A stretch of DNA of 63,420 nucleotides, filler included, from Craspedostauros australis (Eukaryota), in the NCBI GenBank assembly GCA_030167865.1. It is 17 parts of 17 records of this genome, joined end to end, with 100 filler letters (N's around TTAATTAATTAA, not from the genome) between each part and the next. Parts side by side here need not be neighbours in the genome. Positions count along the whole stretch, not along the records: positions 38,059 to 39,205 come from JALAGF010002560.1; positions 39,306 to 40,590 come from JALAGF010002561.1; positions 40,691 to 42,710 come from JALAGF010002562.1; positions 42,811 to 44,666 come from JALAGF010002563.1; positions 44,767 to 47,148 come from JALAGF010002564.1; positions 47,249 to 51,098 come from JALAGF010002565.1; positions 51,199 to 60,883 come from JALAGF010002566.1; 10 more parts are not named here. The stretch is one strand, 5' to 3'. The notes under the pieces were generated by a model, which ran no database searches, had not been told where the DNA came from, and worked only from the letters and a program-made list of their open reading frames with translations. Below are positions 38,059-51,283 of the stretch, piece after piece. Positions within the stretch are counted from its first letter, which is position 1. Every line of letters begins with the position of its first letter. A program made the position numbers and the translations under genes.

Positions 38059-39205
38059 CACTTTTGTGTCTCAGTGTGCGAGGAGCATACTTTCTCAGTA
38101 TCAGGCAGCTTGATGTGCCAGAGTCTAGCAGGACACGCATTCGTACCAATTCGCCTTTGCTATCAACCGTTTCACCAATAATTTCGGTGGACATATGGTT
38201 ATGCTTACTGCGCTTGGCCTTTCGACTAGCCAGACTATAGCAAATTGCTGCACATTTGTGTGTAGGCGTTGAGTATTCTGTAGATGCGCTGCTACTAGAG
38301 CGGTTATCATTATTGTCCTGGTTCAATTGACGCAGGTAGTTGGCATTTTCATCAACTACATCGGCAATGCGACGCTTCTTCTTCAGATTCCTCTTGCTTG
38401 GTAAGGATTGGACGAGTTGATGAAAGACCTCTTGGGTCAAGACCACATTGAGGTTCTCATCACTCTTATTGGAAGCCTTTTTGTCTTCGGACGGGACGCG
38501 CCAACCGCTTGGGCGGAGGCTTGCGTTCTTCGGATCATTCCAGCACTCACTGGTTTCGTGTCCGATTCTGCCGCATCTCCCACATTTGGGAATGGATTTG
38601 CCGTGACTGAATTTTTGGCGTTTATTGTCGTTATTAAGGCGTTTACCGCGCCTTCCACGACTGCGTTCGTCGCTTACGCTACGCTTGCCTTTCTTGGCAC
38701 CATTGCCCTTTTTGAAGGGGCGACAGCTGTTTGCCACATCAAGGAGGCGACGATAGAGCTCCTCGAAAGAGTGCTCATACACCTGATACCCACTTTGGAG
38801 TAGGGCACGGCTGTANTGTTCTGGACTTGCTCGGTCCAAGATCTCGACCAGCTCAAAGTCTGGGAATGCCGTTGGTGTAATATTAGCTCCTGGCTTGGGC
38901 ATGAATGGAAGGTACTGATTTAGTTCCAATAGCCGAGCACGGAAGCTTGCTAGTTCACCATGCTTGAATGAAGCATGTTGGCGCATGTAATTGCGCTGGC
39001 GTCGCCAAGCACTCGTTGGGTGTCCAAAGAATGGAGCACCCACAGCATTCAGTCCCTCCTGGAGCTTGCTGCTGGCTGATGAGGTGGTATTGCCACTGAC
39101 TGCTTGCACTGCTGTCGCAAATCGATTCTGCGCATCCCCCATCAACAAGTTGTTGAGGTGGATCATCTTCTGTGCTGCAGTGGTCATTCTCTTTGCTGCC
39201 ATGAG
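38059..39205 (-). mobile_element. Ty3/gypsy-like gag-protease fragment
   Basis: AWRRQRNYMR..RLLELNQYLPFMP Gag signature, CCHC knuckle CGRCGRIGHETSEC and protease VLLDSGTS. Superfamily assigned from motif style only; RT/IN are not in the contig. Confidence 0.75.
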
Positions 39206-39305
39206 NNNNNNNNNNNNNNNNNNNNNNNNNNNNNNNNNNNNNNNNNNNNTTAATTAATTAANNNNNNNNNNNNNNNNNNNNNNNNNNNNNNNNNNNNNNN
39301 NNNNN

Positions 39306-40590
39306 TGGATGGCCTGCTTACCTTTTCCTTTCTCTGCATCCATCATGAGGATCAGATCACTGAAGCAGTCACATCCCAGCTTGTAGATCTCCTCCATCGC
39401 TTCCTTGTCTTCATCGGCGGCTGCCGCGATCTCACTCACTGTTGGCACCTTGGTCTTGCCCAACATCACGTCTCTCGTCTTCTGTGCACGAGCGTATGCC
39501 TTNNNNNNNNNNNNNNNNNNNNNNNNNNNNNNNNNNNNNNNNNNNNNNNNNNNNNNNNNNNNNNNNNNNNNNNNNNNNNNNNNNNNNNNNNNNNNNNNNN
39601 NNNNNNNNNNNNNNNNNNNNNNNNNNNNNNNNNNNNNNNNNNNNNNNNNNNNNNNNNNNNNNNNNNNNNNNNNNGCCTGTTGTTGCGCGGAGATTGTTTT
39701 CGTCACAAATTCTCCTCCTGGTGGTGTCTCACTTTTCCCACCCTGTTTGGCTGTGCGAATGCTCTTTGTCACACCAGTCTCCTCTTGCTTGACCGCCTTG
39801 GGAATCCTCTTCTCCTCACGATGTAGTCTTGCGGACCGTTCTTCTTCGGTCTCGTCGATCGCGCTTGCGTCTGCGCCTGATAGGACAGTAGCCGCGGCTG
39901 CTTCCTTCTCTTGTCGTGGTGGAGTCTCACTCGCACCTTCTTCTCTCTTGATAGTCNGATTGGACAGAGGGATGTCTTTCAATTCCTCTTCCTCGCTCAT
40001 TCAGCCTGCTGCTCTTGAATGATGTTGGTCTTCCTCGCACGATACGATTAGCGGGCTCGCCCTGATCTATCGTTTATAAACGTGTTGGCAAGTTCCGCTC
40101 ACGGTAACCTACGAACGTGGAAGATGGTGTTGGTTGATAGTCGTCTGTTTGCTATTTCATTACGTTGGCACTCCGATACTCTTGGTGTCCGTTCGTTCTC
40201 TTGCTCGATGCTCTCGGCGCTTCAATCTGTTTCGTAGATTCAGTCTCCGACTATGAGTTGGTACGCGAGATCCTCTCTCGCTCTCTCTGTATTCTCTCTC
40301 TCTCTTTCTCTCTCACTATCGTGTGCTCATGCTACACGATATTCCGTGTTCAATGCGTGCTCCGCATTCGACACTCTGTTCATTCAGTACTGGCTTCTAC
40401 TCCATGAGTACTTACCATTTGAAGTGCACCTTCAGTATCCATGATGCTGATGCCCTTTGGTCATCGGATCTTTGCCTCCTGCTCTGACTTGGAGACAGCT
40501 GTCGATGTGGTGACATGTTGACATCTTGTCGACGTCAGTGGGCGTCCTTCTGCTCTCCAGATGTCACGTTCCATTGGTGATGCAGTAGTC
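39306..40590 (-). mobile_element. LTR retrotransposon copy 1 (probably copia): partial 5' LTR 40590-40083 plus gag start 40000->39306
   Basis: Near-identical to 40691-42152; contains an internal N gap. Confidence 0.8.
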
Positions 40591-40690
40591 NNNNNNNNNN
40601 NNNNNNNNNNNNNNNNNNNNNNNNNNNNNNNNNNTTAATTAATTAANNNNNNNNNNNNNNNNNNNNNNNNNNNNNNNNNNNNNNNNNNNN

Positions 40691-42152
40691 TGGATGGCCT
40701 GCTTACCTTTTCCTTTCTCTGCATCCATCATGAGGATCAGATCACTGAAGCAGTCACATCCCAGCTTGTAGATCTCCTCCATCGCTTCCTTGTCTTCATC
40801 GGCGGCTGCCGCGATCTCACTCACTGTTGGCACCTTGGTCTTGCCCAACATCACGTCTCTCGTCTTCTGTGCACGAGCGTATGCCTTNGCTTGGGACTCC
40901 CATGCGCTGTAGTCTTCCTGTTCACCGCTGAACATTGGCGCCTTGATGCGTCGCTTGTTCATGTTGGCTGATGTCGCCATGTTGGTTTGTTGTTTCGTCG
41001 TTGGTGCGCTCGCGCCCTTGATTTCCGTCAGTTTCTGTGTTGTCACTTTTTCGATTTTTGCCTGTTGTTGCGCGGAGATTGTTTTCGTCACAAATTCTCC
41101 TCCTGGTGGTGTCTCACTTTTCCCACTCTGTTTGGCTGTGCGAATGCTCTTTGTCACACCAGTCTCCTCTTGCTTGACCGCCTTGAGAATCCTCTTCTCC
41201 TTACGGTGTAGTCTTGCGGACCGTTCTTCTTCGGTCTCGTCGATGGCGCTTGCATCTTCGCCTGATAGGACGGTAGCCGCGGCTTCTTCCTTCTCTTCTC
41301 GTGGTGGAGTCTCACTCGCACCTTCTTCTATCTTGATAGCCGGATTGGACAAAGGGATGTCTCTCAATTCCTCTTCCTCGCTCATTCAGTCTGTTGCTCC
41401 TGAATGATGTTCGTCTTCCTTGCACGATCCGATCCGCGGGCTCGCCCTGATCTATCGTTTATAAACGTGTTGGCAAGTTCCGCTCACGGTAACCTACGAT
41501 CGTGGAAGATGGTGTTGGTTGATAGTCGTCTGTTTGCTATTTCATTAGTTGGCTACTCCGATCCTCTCGGTGTACGCCGTTCTCTTGCCCGATGCTCTCG
41601 GTGCTTCAATCTGTTTTGTAGATTCGGTCTCCGACTATGAGTCGGTACGCGAGATGCTCTCTCGCTCCTCTCTGTATTCTCTCTCTCTTAACATCGTGTG
41701 CTCGTCGCGCACGATACTCCATGTTCGATACGTATTCCGTATTCGACATTCCGTTCATTCAGTACTGGCTTCTACTCCATGAGTACTTACCATTTGAAGC
41801 TCACCTTCAGTGTCCATGATCTTCATGGGTCATCGCATCTTTGCCTCCTACTCTGACTTGGAGACAGCTGTCGACGTGGTGACATGTTGACATCTTGTCG
41901 ACGTCAGTAGTCGTCCTTCTGCTCTCCAGATGTCACGTTCCATTGGTGATGCAGCAGCCTGTCAGATGATATTGTCATCTGAGGCTTAGTTGGGAAGTAC
42001 CTTGAGATTCTCTTGGTACCATTGATGGATGGACGGACGATCTTCTGATTCTCTCAGAAATCGTCATTTGCAAATTTCCTCCAGAAATCTTGCCCCTTTT
42101 TGTGTGTTCCGTTTCCCCTGTAATTCTGACGAATCACAGCATACTATCGACA
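40691..42152 (-). mobile_element. LTR retrotransposon copy 2: about 685-bp 5' LTR (42152-41468, TGTCG...CCAACA) plus gag start 41385->40691
   Basis: Gag N-terminal motif PMFSGEQEDYSAWESQ.KAYA. LTR right end fixed by the third copy at 28816; left end inferred from TGTCG/CAACA termini. Confidence 0.8.
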
Positions 42153-43031
42153 CGAGTGTAGTTATACCGTCCAAGTGTGTATGAGAGAATAGCGGGTGAA
42201 CGATGCACATATACACGTACATTTTGACGTATACTCACATGTACATCTCGACACAATCATCGCGGTGTCGATGTTGCCATTTCCAAGAGGAGACATCAAT
42301 TTCGTGACGGTCGGAGAGAGAGTTTGTTGTTCACTCTCNNNNNNNNNNNNNNNNNNNNNNNNNNNNNNNNNNNNNNNNNNNNNNNNNNNNNNNNNNGGAC
42401 AGGTCATGTCACGCCCATAAGTGGCGTGGGATGGCCCGATCGCCCAAACCCAAATTCAGCGGACACGCGACATCGTCTGAAGTAGAGCACGATTCGAGGG
42501 TGGGACCCCATCCCACCGACATTGAGTCACGCTTCAATCCCGCTCAAACTCTGAGCAGTCGGTCATTTGATTAACTCGACTAAATCTTAACACGACTAAT
42601 GGGAATACTAGTTTGAGCTAATATGAATCATGATTACGTCCCTGGTGGCCGAACGCAACACGGTTGGATACGATCGATCTGTTCTTCGTTGGTTGCCATT
42701 TGGAGTTGTGNNNNNNNNNNNNNNNNNNNNNNNNNNNNNNNNNNNNNNNNNNNNTTAATTAATTAANNNNNNNNNNNNNNNNNNNNNNNNNNNNNNNNNN
42801 NNNNNNNNNNGCCAGACAGATGATGGACGGATGAATGAATGAATTTGTACCGTATGTTAGAATGCTCGTGGGATTGCGCAGGGCGGAGGGGCCGCTCCGA
42901 GACAAACAGACCATCAGTGATTGAAAACGTTTGGCACTCATCGCACATATTGTGCAACGGCGAGCTGGTATCCGTGCATGCATGATCAACCCAACTGAAT
43001 CCTCAGAGTGACTGGGCAATGATTGACCTAC

Positions 43032-43217
43032 CGCAAGATCGCTCTGCGCTTCGATATCATAATTGCGGTCTGTTTTGTATCTGGCGTCGGTGTCGCCGAG
43101 ACACGGTTCGCGCCAAGGATCGCCGCACTTGGCGGATGCCACATGCCTCACGTTGACGATACCAATGATGGTTGCCAGGAACAGCGGAGAAGCTTGGTTG
43201 ACGATGGGGAATTTCAT
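43032..43217 (-). CDS. First exon (62 codons) of a secreted protein, copy/allele A
   Basis: Signal peptide ending VASA, then KCGDPWREPCLGDTDARY. Donor GTAGGT at 43031; the intron-like sequence runs to the contig end. Confidence 0.65.
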
Positions 43218-44987
43218 GGTATGAACGCCGTTGTGAGTTTCGAGTTGCGAGTTGGTCGGCGGTCGTTAATTGATGAGTGGAGGAAGTCGAGATTATGACA
43301 TCAATGAAAGATGCACCATGAATCTGTGTCTGTCGTGAGCGTGTATGGTACCATGGCTTTCCAATCATCATCGTGGCTTCATCTTCCTTGCACGAGTAGA
43401 GTGTACATGTGTCCAGCTATCTCGGTGCATACTGTGGTGTCGGTTTGATGTTGAGGATGCTTGTTCTCAATGTCAATCTTGATCTCGCAATGCGACAGGA
43501 TTGTAGCCGGTCAAAACATTCACACCGGTGACTTTCACGGTTTGAAGCCTTCGTTCATTCACATCTCATTTTGTTGTCTGTGATGGTAGGTCAACCGGTG
43601 CCATTGGCGCTGAAGATGCAACGGTGATCCAGGAGCCATGGGTCATGGTCGTTTGATTACTTGCAGCAGCGGTGGAGTGGTGGCGACTCTCCCTCTATTG
43701 GTATCTCTCTCCCAAGATCTTCATCTTGTCTTTCCATCGAATGGGTGGTTTGTGATGGATGCGATGCGCTGTGTATCACAGTTGTTGTGCATCGCTGTCA
43801 CTGTTGGTATCGTGGACATGGTGCAGACAAGCGCACATACAGATGGATCTCTGCCAGCCATCACCATCACCATTGCCATAGCAACTGTCATGATTGTGAA
43901 CTCCGCTCTTCATCAACGCTCGTCAATTGCATTGGTTGCTGATTCCACCGTCATCCGCCCGCTGCGTCCCATGACACATGCTCATCTCATCTCCATTCCG
44001 GCGAACAAGAAGAACAACCACAAGTTTGGCGATCTCGCGCGCCATTTCCATTCTTGTTTGGTCGTGTCCAAATGAGTCACGTCTTTCCACGATCGAAGTG
44101 TGTGATTCACTCCTGCGAGTCGAGAATCGAGTGTCAAAAAGGAATTCTCCACTTGTCGAGATGAACTCCACACATCACAAAAACCCAATTTCTCGTGTTG
44201 GTCTCACCTCTCAGCGCGCTTGCGCATCTCCTTCCTTGTTGGTTGCTGCCTTCCTGTCGGAATCGGTTTTGTGTCGACCATCAATCCATTTTGTGAGCGC
44301 ACGAAACCAAGACTGGCAACTCGTGACTCGAATCCGAACATCAGATCCGAACCACGAAACCGAACATCGATTGAGCAAACACAAAACAACAAAAACAACA
44401 ATCGGCCAATTCGCGCCAAAACGCACTCAACCAACACCTTCCATCGTCAACCTGTGCGCTGAGAAGGTGCCTTGCACATCCAACGCATGGTCCGTTCGTG
44501 GGACCATGCCCTAAGTGCTAAGCTTCGTACGGATGGCAACGCAACAAAGAAGTCGTTCGTCTATCTAAGTTCGTTCATGGAGCGTTATCCTGTCAAGGTC
44601 ATCTTGCTGAACTCAACAAACTTCGGCCAGCGAAATATTCCCAATCTCGCTCCATCTCGATCAACANNNNNNNNNNNNNNNNNNNNNNNNNNNNNNNNNN
44701 NNNNNNNNNNTTAATTAATTAANNNNNNNNNNNNNNNNNNNNNNNNNNNNNNNNNNNNNNNNNNNNGCCAGACAGATGATGGACGGATGAATGAATGAAT
44801 TTGTACCGTATGTTAGAATGCTCGTGGGATTGCGCAGGGCGGAGGGGCCGCTCCGAGACAAACAGACCATCAGTGATTGAAAACGTTTGGCACTCATCGC
44901 ACATATTGTGCAACGGCGAGCTGGTATCCGTGCATGCATGATCAACCCAACTGAATCCTCAGAGTGACTGGGCAATGATTGACCTAC

Positions 44988-45173
44988 CGCAAGATCGCTC
45001 TGCGCTTCGATATCATAATTGCGGTCTGTTTTGTATCTGGCGTCGGTGTCGCCGAGACACGGTTCGCGCCAAGGATCGCCGCACTTGGCGGATGCCACAT
45101 GCCTCACGTTGACGATACCGATGATGGTTGCCAGGAACAGCGGAGAAGCTTGGTTGACGATGGGGAATTTCAT
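44988..45173 (-). CDS. First exon of the same secreted protein, copy/allele B
   Basis: Same translation as 43032-43217; upstream DNA differs by SNPs and indels. Confidence 0.65.
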
Positions 45174-45856
45174 GGTATGAACGCCGTTGTGAGTTTCGAG
45201 TTGCGAGTTGGTCGGCGGTCGTTGATTGATGAGTGGAAGAAGTCGAGATTATGACATCAATGAAAGCTGCACCATGAATCCGTATCTGTCGTAAGCGTGT
45301 ATGGTACCATGGCTGCCCAACCATTCATCATCCTTGCACGAGTAGAGTGTGCACGCGTCCAGCTCTCCCGATGCGCACTGCGTGGCCGTTTGATGTTGAG
45401 GAGGTTTGTTCTCAATGTCGATCTTGATTTCGCAATGCGACAGGATTGCAGCCGGTCAAAATATTTACACCGGTGACTTTCATGGTTTGAAGTTTTTGCT
45501 CATTCACATCTCATTTTGTTGTCTGTGATGGTAGGTCAACCGGTGTCACCGGTGTTGAAGATGCAGCGGCAATCCAGGAGCCATGGGCCATGGTCGTTTG
45601 ATTACTTGCAACAGCGGTGGAGTGGTGGCGACTCTCCCTCTATCGGTATCTCTCTCCCAAGATCTTCATCTTGTCTTCCCATCGAATGGGTGGTTTGTGA
45701 TGGATGTGGTGCGCTGTGTATCACAGTTGTTGTGCATCACGGTTGTTGTGCATCACGGTTGTTGCGCATCACTGTCACTGTCACTGCTGGATTGTGGACA
45801 TGGCACTGACAAGCGCACCTACAGATGGGTCTCTGCCAGCCATCACCGTTGCCATA

Positions 45857-47148
45857 GGACCCCACTTAGTGAGTCGACCTGCACTTTGTTACGGGACTCC
45901 AGAACTTTTGTCTCAGATATCCAAGCAACGTACATATTCGTATTCTCCTACCTCTCCTTATAAATAATTAACCATTACATTTTTGAGATAGATCCTATTT
46001 TAAGTTTTATGGACACGTCAATGTGCGCATTTTTAGACTGCTTTAGGGACTCGGCCGTCTTCTCCCGACTACATCGATCCAATTTAACCCTTTGCTGTTC
46101 TTTGTTTCAGCGACTTGGTTCCGATTTTGAATTGTTTAGTCTCTTTTTCAGGTGTTCGGATGAGACCATCCAACAGTCCATCCACGATAGCACTAGTTGT
46201 AGAATGTTGGGGGAAGCGGTGAACACGCGTTTACATTCATTCCATCATGTGCTTGTCCAATCCGTCATCGACGTCACGAAACTGGATACTTCGTCATCAA
46301 ACACCAATGATATCACGATGAGCAATATCATCAGGTCTGCTTCGTCGTGGCGAAGTGGTTGAGTGGGGTTGGTACTCCTCGAGTGTTTTGTGTTGTGGTC
46401 TTTTTGGACATTCGGTACAATTGGAGGTAAATCTCCACATCCCCCAACATGTGAGGCTGGTTGAGAGTGGCAAACTCGACACACCAACATGGAAGTGGAG
46501 CAACACCAAAAAAATACCACAATGGCCGTCGAACGGTATGCTTGGCGCCGCAACAACCAGCCGGCCAATTCAAGATCCAAGCACATCGCTGTCATCTCCA
46601 CGCAACGTTTGATGGGTGTACGAACGGAGGTGGGGAGAGGGGTTGATTTGGGGCCGTCGTAGGCCCCAGAAATACGATCACAATTTGGCCCCAAATCGGC
46701 TGGTTGGTTTTGGCCGACGTGTGGCACACACAGGCCATATCAGCGCCTATGGATGCGCAGGATGCCTCAAGAAGGCCAATATGAAGGCACCCTCGAAGTT
46801 TGAGGGTCGCGGAGCACCGGGAAGGTGTCCGCGCAGAGGCAAAGGTGGTTTTGAGGAGTTTTGGTTGGGGCTCGCGCAGCACCGGTCGCGTGGCTTTGGC
46901 AGTGAGGGGCGATGGGACGACGCCCCTCAATCGTCAAGCCACCCATACAAGATGCGTGCGGCATCAATTGAAGATGCACGTCGTGAAGCATGCTCTGCTC
47001 AAGTTGTCTGGAAGACGCTGCAGCCAACCATATCTGCGGAATGGTCATGTTCGGTTGGAGCAAGAAATGCACCACCACATCATCATATGGAGGTGCATCA
47101 CGTCGGCCATGCACTCCCAGCCCAGTCTGGATGCATCCGCGTGTCGCC
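45857..47148. mobile_element. Insertion (probable DNA transposon) beginning TA|GGACCCC, absent from the sister contig
   Basis: Alignment with 42811-43880 breaks at GCCATA|. The first 85 nt match the reverse complement of 51199-51283. No transposase recognised, and the right boundary is unknown. Confidence 0.65.
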
Positions 47149-47248
47149 NNNNNNNNNNNNNNNNNNNNNNNNNNNNNNNNNNNNNNNNNNNNTTAATTAA
47201 TTAANNNNNNNNNNNNNNNNNNNNNNNNNNNNNNNNNNNNNNNNNNNN

Positions 47249-50200
47249 CTGGATCTGATTCTCCATGTGATGTGGCTACCAGGTCAGATAGTGCATGCAC
47301 AACGGGTTGTCTAGCTTTAGGTGTGCTGTCACCGTCGAAATCTTCTGGATTTACGGTTTCGCTAGCTTCGTCACCCATGTCACCATCCTCCCCAGAAGCA
47401 GGCAGGGGGTAGTCTGCCCGTAGGTTTCGCGCGTCATCAGACACACGTCGGATGCTGGAGCGCGGCAACAGCCGTTGCGTTGCATCATCCAGTACCCAGA
47501 ACGTCAGTTCGTCACCCTTGTGCTCGCACGGTCCAGCCCAGCGTCCACGCCGTTCCTGCGTGGTACCTGGGAAGGCAGCGTGTCCGACCTTGTAGTACAC
47601 TGGCTCCCACCAGTGGAAGCTGAGGTACTTGCTCACATCGGGACGTTGGCCAGTGGCGGCTTGGATGGGCGTGATGTGACCCGCCGTGGACTGTGACAGG
47701 TGGTTGAACAGCCCCACGACATACAGAGTGCAGATGAGCCAGAACCTGGCAGGAGTGCCAGTTCTGTCCATGACGCCGTTGGTGGTGCGCTTGATATCCT
47801 GGATGCGTCGCTCGACAGGATTCTGATGTTGGTGGTGTGGCTCGGACTGGTGGTCCGCGATGCAGTACTGCCGGAGGATGTCCTTCATCTCGCCTCCGAT
47901 CTGCGCTGTGGCGTTGTCGGACATCAACACGTCCATGGCACCATACTCCCGAATGAAGTCTCGCACAACATGGGGAACATGGGATTCGCTTGCCAGAGGG
48001 TACGCCGCTGTGAGGCGCGTGTTGGATCCCACAAACACCTGTACCATGGTACATCCNNNNNNNNNNNNNNNNNNNNNNNNNNNNNNNNNNNNNNNNNNNN
48101 NNNNNNNNNNNNNNNNNNNNNNNNNNNNNNNNNNNNNNNNNNNNNNTGCGGGGAATCTAGACTTATAGTGTTTACGCATGGGATAACGCTCAGACATGCG
48201 GTACCACTGGGTAGTACATGCAAGAGTGTCGCGCACGCGGTCTGCTGGAATCCACCCGAAGTACGGCCGTAGCGCATGGAAATTGGGCGCTTTACCCACG
48301 ATGTTGCGTGGCCCGGCCTTGGTTGCCTTCTCCCCATCCCCGAGCGTTGCAGCGGATTGAACGTGCTGAACACACTTGGAGATGGTGATGTCGATGTCGT
48401 CGTCTTCGCCGCGTTCGGTCGCGGGAATGTTGTCCAGATCAGCCTCCCCGTCCAGGACAGATGGGTCCCATTCCTGGTCGGAGGTGAAGAACACGTGTGG
48501 CAGATCGTCCAGCTCTGCTTGAGTTGGCTTGTGCATGTCCATGTATGCGAGGCCTTGACGCACGGTGAGCGGGATGATGAATCCGTCTGGCGTGACGATG
48601 GTCTGCCGACCGCCAGGGAGGTTCTTGGGTCTCTCGTTGACATCCAATCCAAACGCCGCGAGTTGGTTGGCAGAATGGATGGTGCGTCCTCTCCCGTAGT
48701 TGGCGTACTGATGGAACCAACCGATCACCGGTCCTGAGGTGGTCTGGATGACAGCGGTGGCCGTGACCAGCGCCAGATCCTTGATTTCCGCGTCACCGAT
48801 TCCGGAAACATCAGCACGGTTGCACGTGGACTCCATCACCAGCATGTCCTCACCAACGAGACCGCCGTTCGCGCCTCCATCCACCAATGCGCCTTGCACA
48901 GTCACGTTCGTGTTGTTGAACTTGTACGATACGTTCGTGTGAGACAGGGTGTAGGTGCGACCGTCAATGACGAGGGTAGTCGGCGGGCTCCCGGACGCGC
49001 TAGACATGGCGTTGGAAAGCATACGGTTGATTGCTGTTCCAGCGGTAGAACTAGATTCGTTATTGTTACTACCTTTGTCGTTGGTCTGGGTGTCCTGTTG
49101 GTCGTTCTGGTTGGATGTGGATCCACTGCGGTTGGTGTTGTTGACGGAACGCCGGGGCTTGTCCTTCTTACCACGTCCAGATTTGGCCCGCCGGGCTTGG
49201 AGGAAGTCGCTGCGTTGCTTGTCAGTCAGCTTGTTGAACTCCCCACGTGGCAGCCGTTCTCGTGTCTCCTTGCTGTAGTCCTTGTTGGGCTTCCAGAGAT
49301 TGGGTCCGTCGTCCTTATCCTTCCCGCGTTGCTTGCGCTGGTCGGCATTGTTGGCTTGGCGCGGCGGCTTTGGCTTGTTGGCGTCGTGGCCATCGAGTTG
49401 GACAGCGTACGAACGGACGAGCTCAACGAGGGTATCGAACTCCATGGTGGTCGCGGACGTGCCGGGTGAGTAGGCCAGGATCGCGGTCTGCAGGTAGTCA
49501 GTCTGGAAGATAGACTGGTACAGAGCCTTGTCTGCTTCGATGGCGTTCGTCAACCACTCCTTCTTCGTTGCGTCGTCGATCGGATCATCACGCAAAGCCT
49601 CAAGTTCGTGAACCTTGTGTTGCCACAGGTCCAGGAACTGTTCACGAGTCTTGCGCCACTGCTTGTCCAGCTTGAACTTGATGATGTCGTCGCGGATTCG
49701 TCGGATGGTGTTGACGGCAGTAGCACCGGTGGTATACTCGCGAACCAGCATGCAGTAGACAGCTTGGCCGTCACAGATCGATTCGTACGGCGTGACACAC
49801 TTCCTACTCTTTGTGGTCTGCAGGTTGGATACAAACACGTTGAACAGGAAGGTGGACTGCACTTTGAAGAGCTCGGCTTGTTCATCGGGTGCGACGTAGT
49901 CTACATCGAGAACATTGGAGATGCCATGAGCAGCAGCAGTGGCGCGCAGACGACGATGGAACGTAGCGAAGTATTTATCATCAGACAACTTTGGGTAGTC
50001 GCTAATGTTACGCTTGATGCTACGGTTGAAATCTGCAGCGAGGTCGCGTCCGGTCTTCTCCGTTGGTTCGGTCTTCGTTGGTTCGAAAGGGAATGCGCTG
50101 GTGGTTGCGTCAGGCATGGCGGCTGAGGATGCGGGCGAGGGTGTGAACGTCCGGGCAATATACTCCATGTATGAAGCTTGCTTGAGTTCTCGCCATGTCT

Positions 50201-50480
50201 CTACAGTGGGATTAGGTTGAACACTGAACCAGCCAATGGCATTTGAGAATTTCCGGATTGCTACCTTAGACAGTTGGGCTACGTAGTCGGGTTCTGGATC
50301 AGGCACCTGGATGGTGGCGCTCATATCAAGCATGTCTCCGCGATGGAGCGAAGCGAAATCCATGATGGTTCGGATCTCTTCGGTGTGCAAGATAAGCCAT
50401 TCAGTAGACGAGTCGTCATATCCGAGAACGCTGAGGACGTGCGCCAGGATGGTGTCGTTGATTGGGATAGGATCGGGCAT
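47249..50480 (-). mobile_element. CoDi-type copia gag-pol (Gag, protease, integrase), uninterrupted frame apart from an N gap, truncated before RT
   Basis: DFNRSIKRNISDYPKL..AAAHGISNVLD Gag, ALVDGGANGG protease, and LMSDNA..SEPHHQHQNPVERRIQ integrase. Confidence 0.93.
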
Positions 50481-51198
50481 CGTGTTGCTGGGAGTTGCGA
50501 GTAGGTGGTTGTTGGTCCAATTTGTTGCTATTATTATCGGACGAGTATTTTCCCGCAGCTCCCAAGAAAGTGGTCACACTTGGAAATGACTGCACCGTTC
50601 GCTGTGATGTCGAAGTGTTCGCCGGGATGTGACGGTGGATTTCTGCGCTTGTCGGAATTCGTCGGGAATGGAAGTGGTGCCGGATGCAAAACGCCAGTGA
50701 TGGCGAAGGCGTCAGCGGTAGTGTGATGTCACGAGTGGACTGCCGTTAATCCGTGCGCGATGTCTCGAATTGTGACTGACTGACGGATGGAAGGCCAGAC
50801 GGGACCGTGTGAATTTCCCGATTGATGAATGCGAAGATGACCGTGCTTAACCCGAGGCGAAGGATGACCGATGGAAAAATGTCAACCAGGACCGTGTGAA
50901 TTTCCGGTTTGGACGATGTGTTGGCGCGCGACCCGAAGTCGGATGAATGACTGGAACGGCGAAGGAGTTGTGAACCGGTGTGACGCGCCAGTGATGGTAC
51001 GAACCGAAGGAATGCGTAGCCAATCAGAAGGTGGACTGAGCGCAAATGGCTGTTGTTGATGGAACGATTGTTTGTTTTGTTGGTCTTGAAACGATGAANN
51101 NNNNNNNNNNNNNNNNNNNNNNNNNNNNNNNNNNNNNNNNNNTTAATTAATTAANNNNNNNNNNNNNNNNNNNNNNNNNNNNNNNNNNNNNNNNNNNN

Positions 51199-51283
51199 AC
51201 GAATATGTGCTTTGTTTGGATATCGGAGACAAATGTTATTGAGTCCCATGACAAAGTGCAGGTCGACTCACTGATCGGGCTCC
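51199..51283. mobile_element. Terminus of the same putative DNA transposon family (…GGGCTCC|TA)
   Basis: Reverse complement GGAGCCCGATCAGTGAGTCGACCTGCACTTTGT... matches 45857-45941; similarity ends at the TA. Confidence 0.7.

Noticed and set aside
39306..42152. Tandem duplication of a gag gene
   Set aside because: These are two separate contigs broken at the identical base, i.e. dispersed copies of one element collapsed in assembly.
42811..45856. Tandem gene pair
   Set aside because: These are separate contigs starting at the same base. They are more likely haplotypes or dispersed paralogs; tandem arrangement is not shown.
50802..50905. 17-bp direct repeat GGACCGTGTGAATTTCC in a copia leader
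   Set aside because: Only two copies, and short duplications are common in retroelement 5' UTRs; it is not an array.
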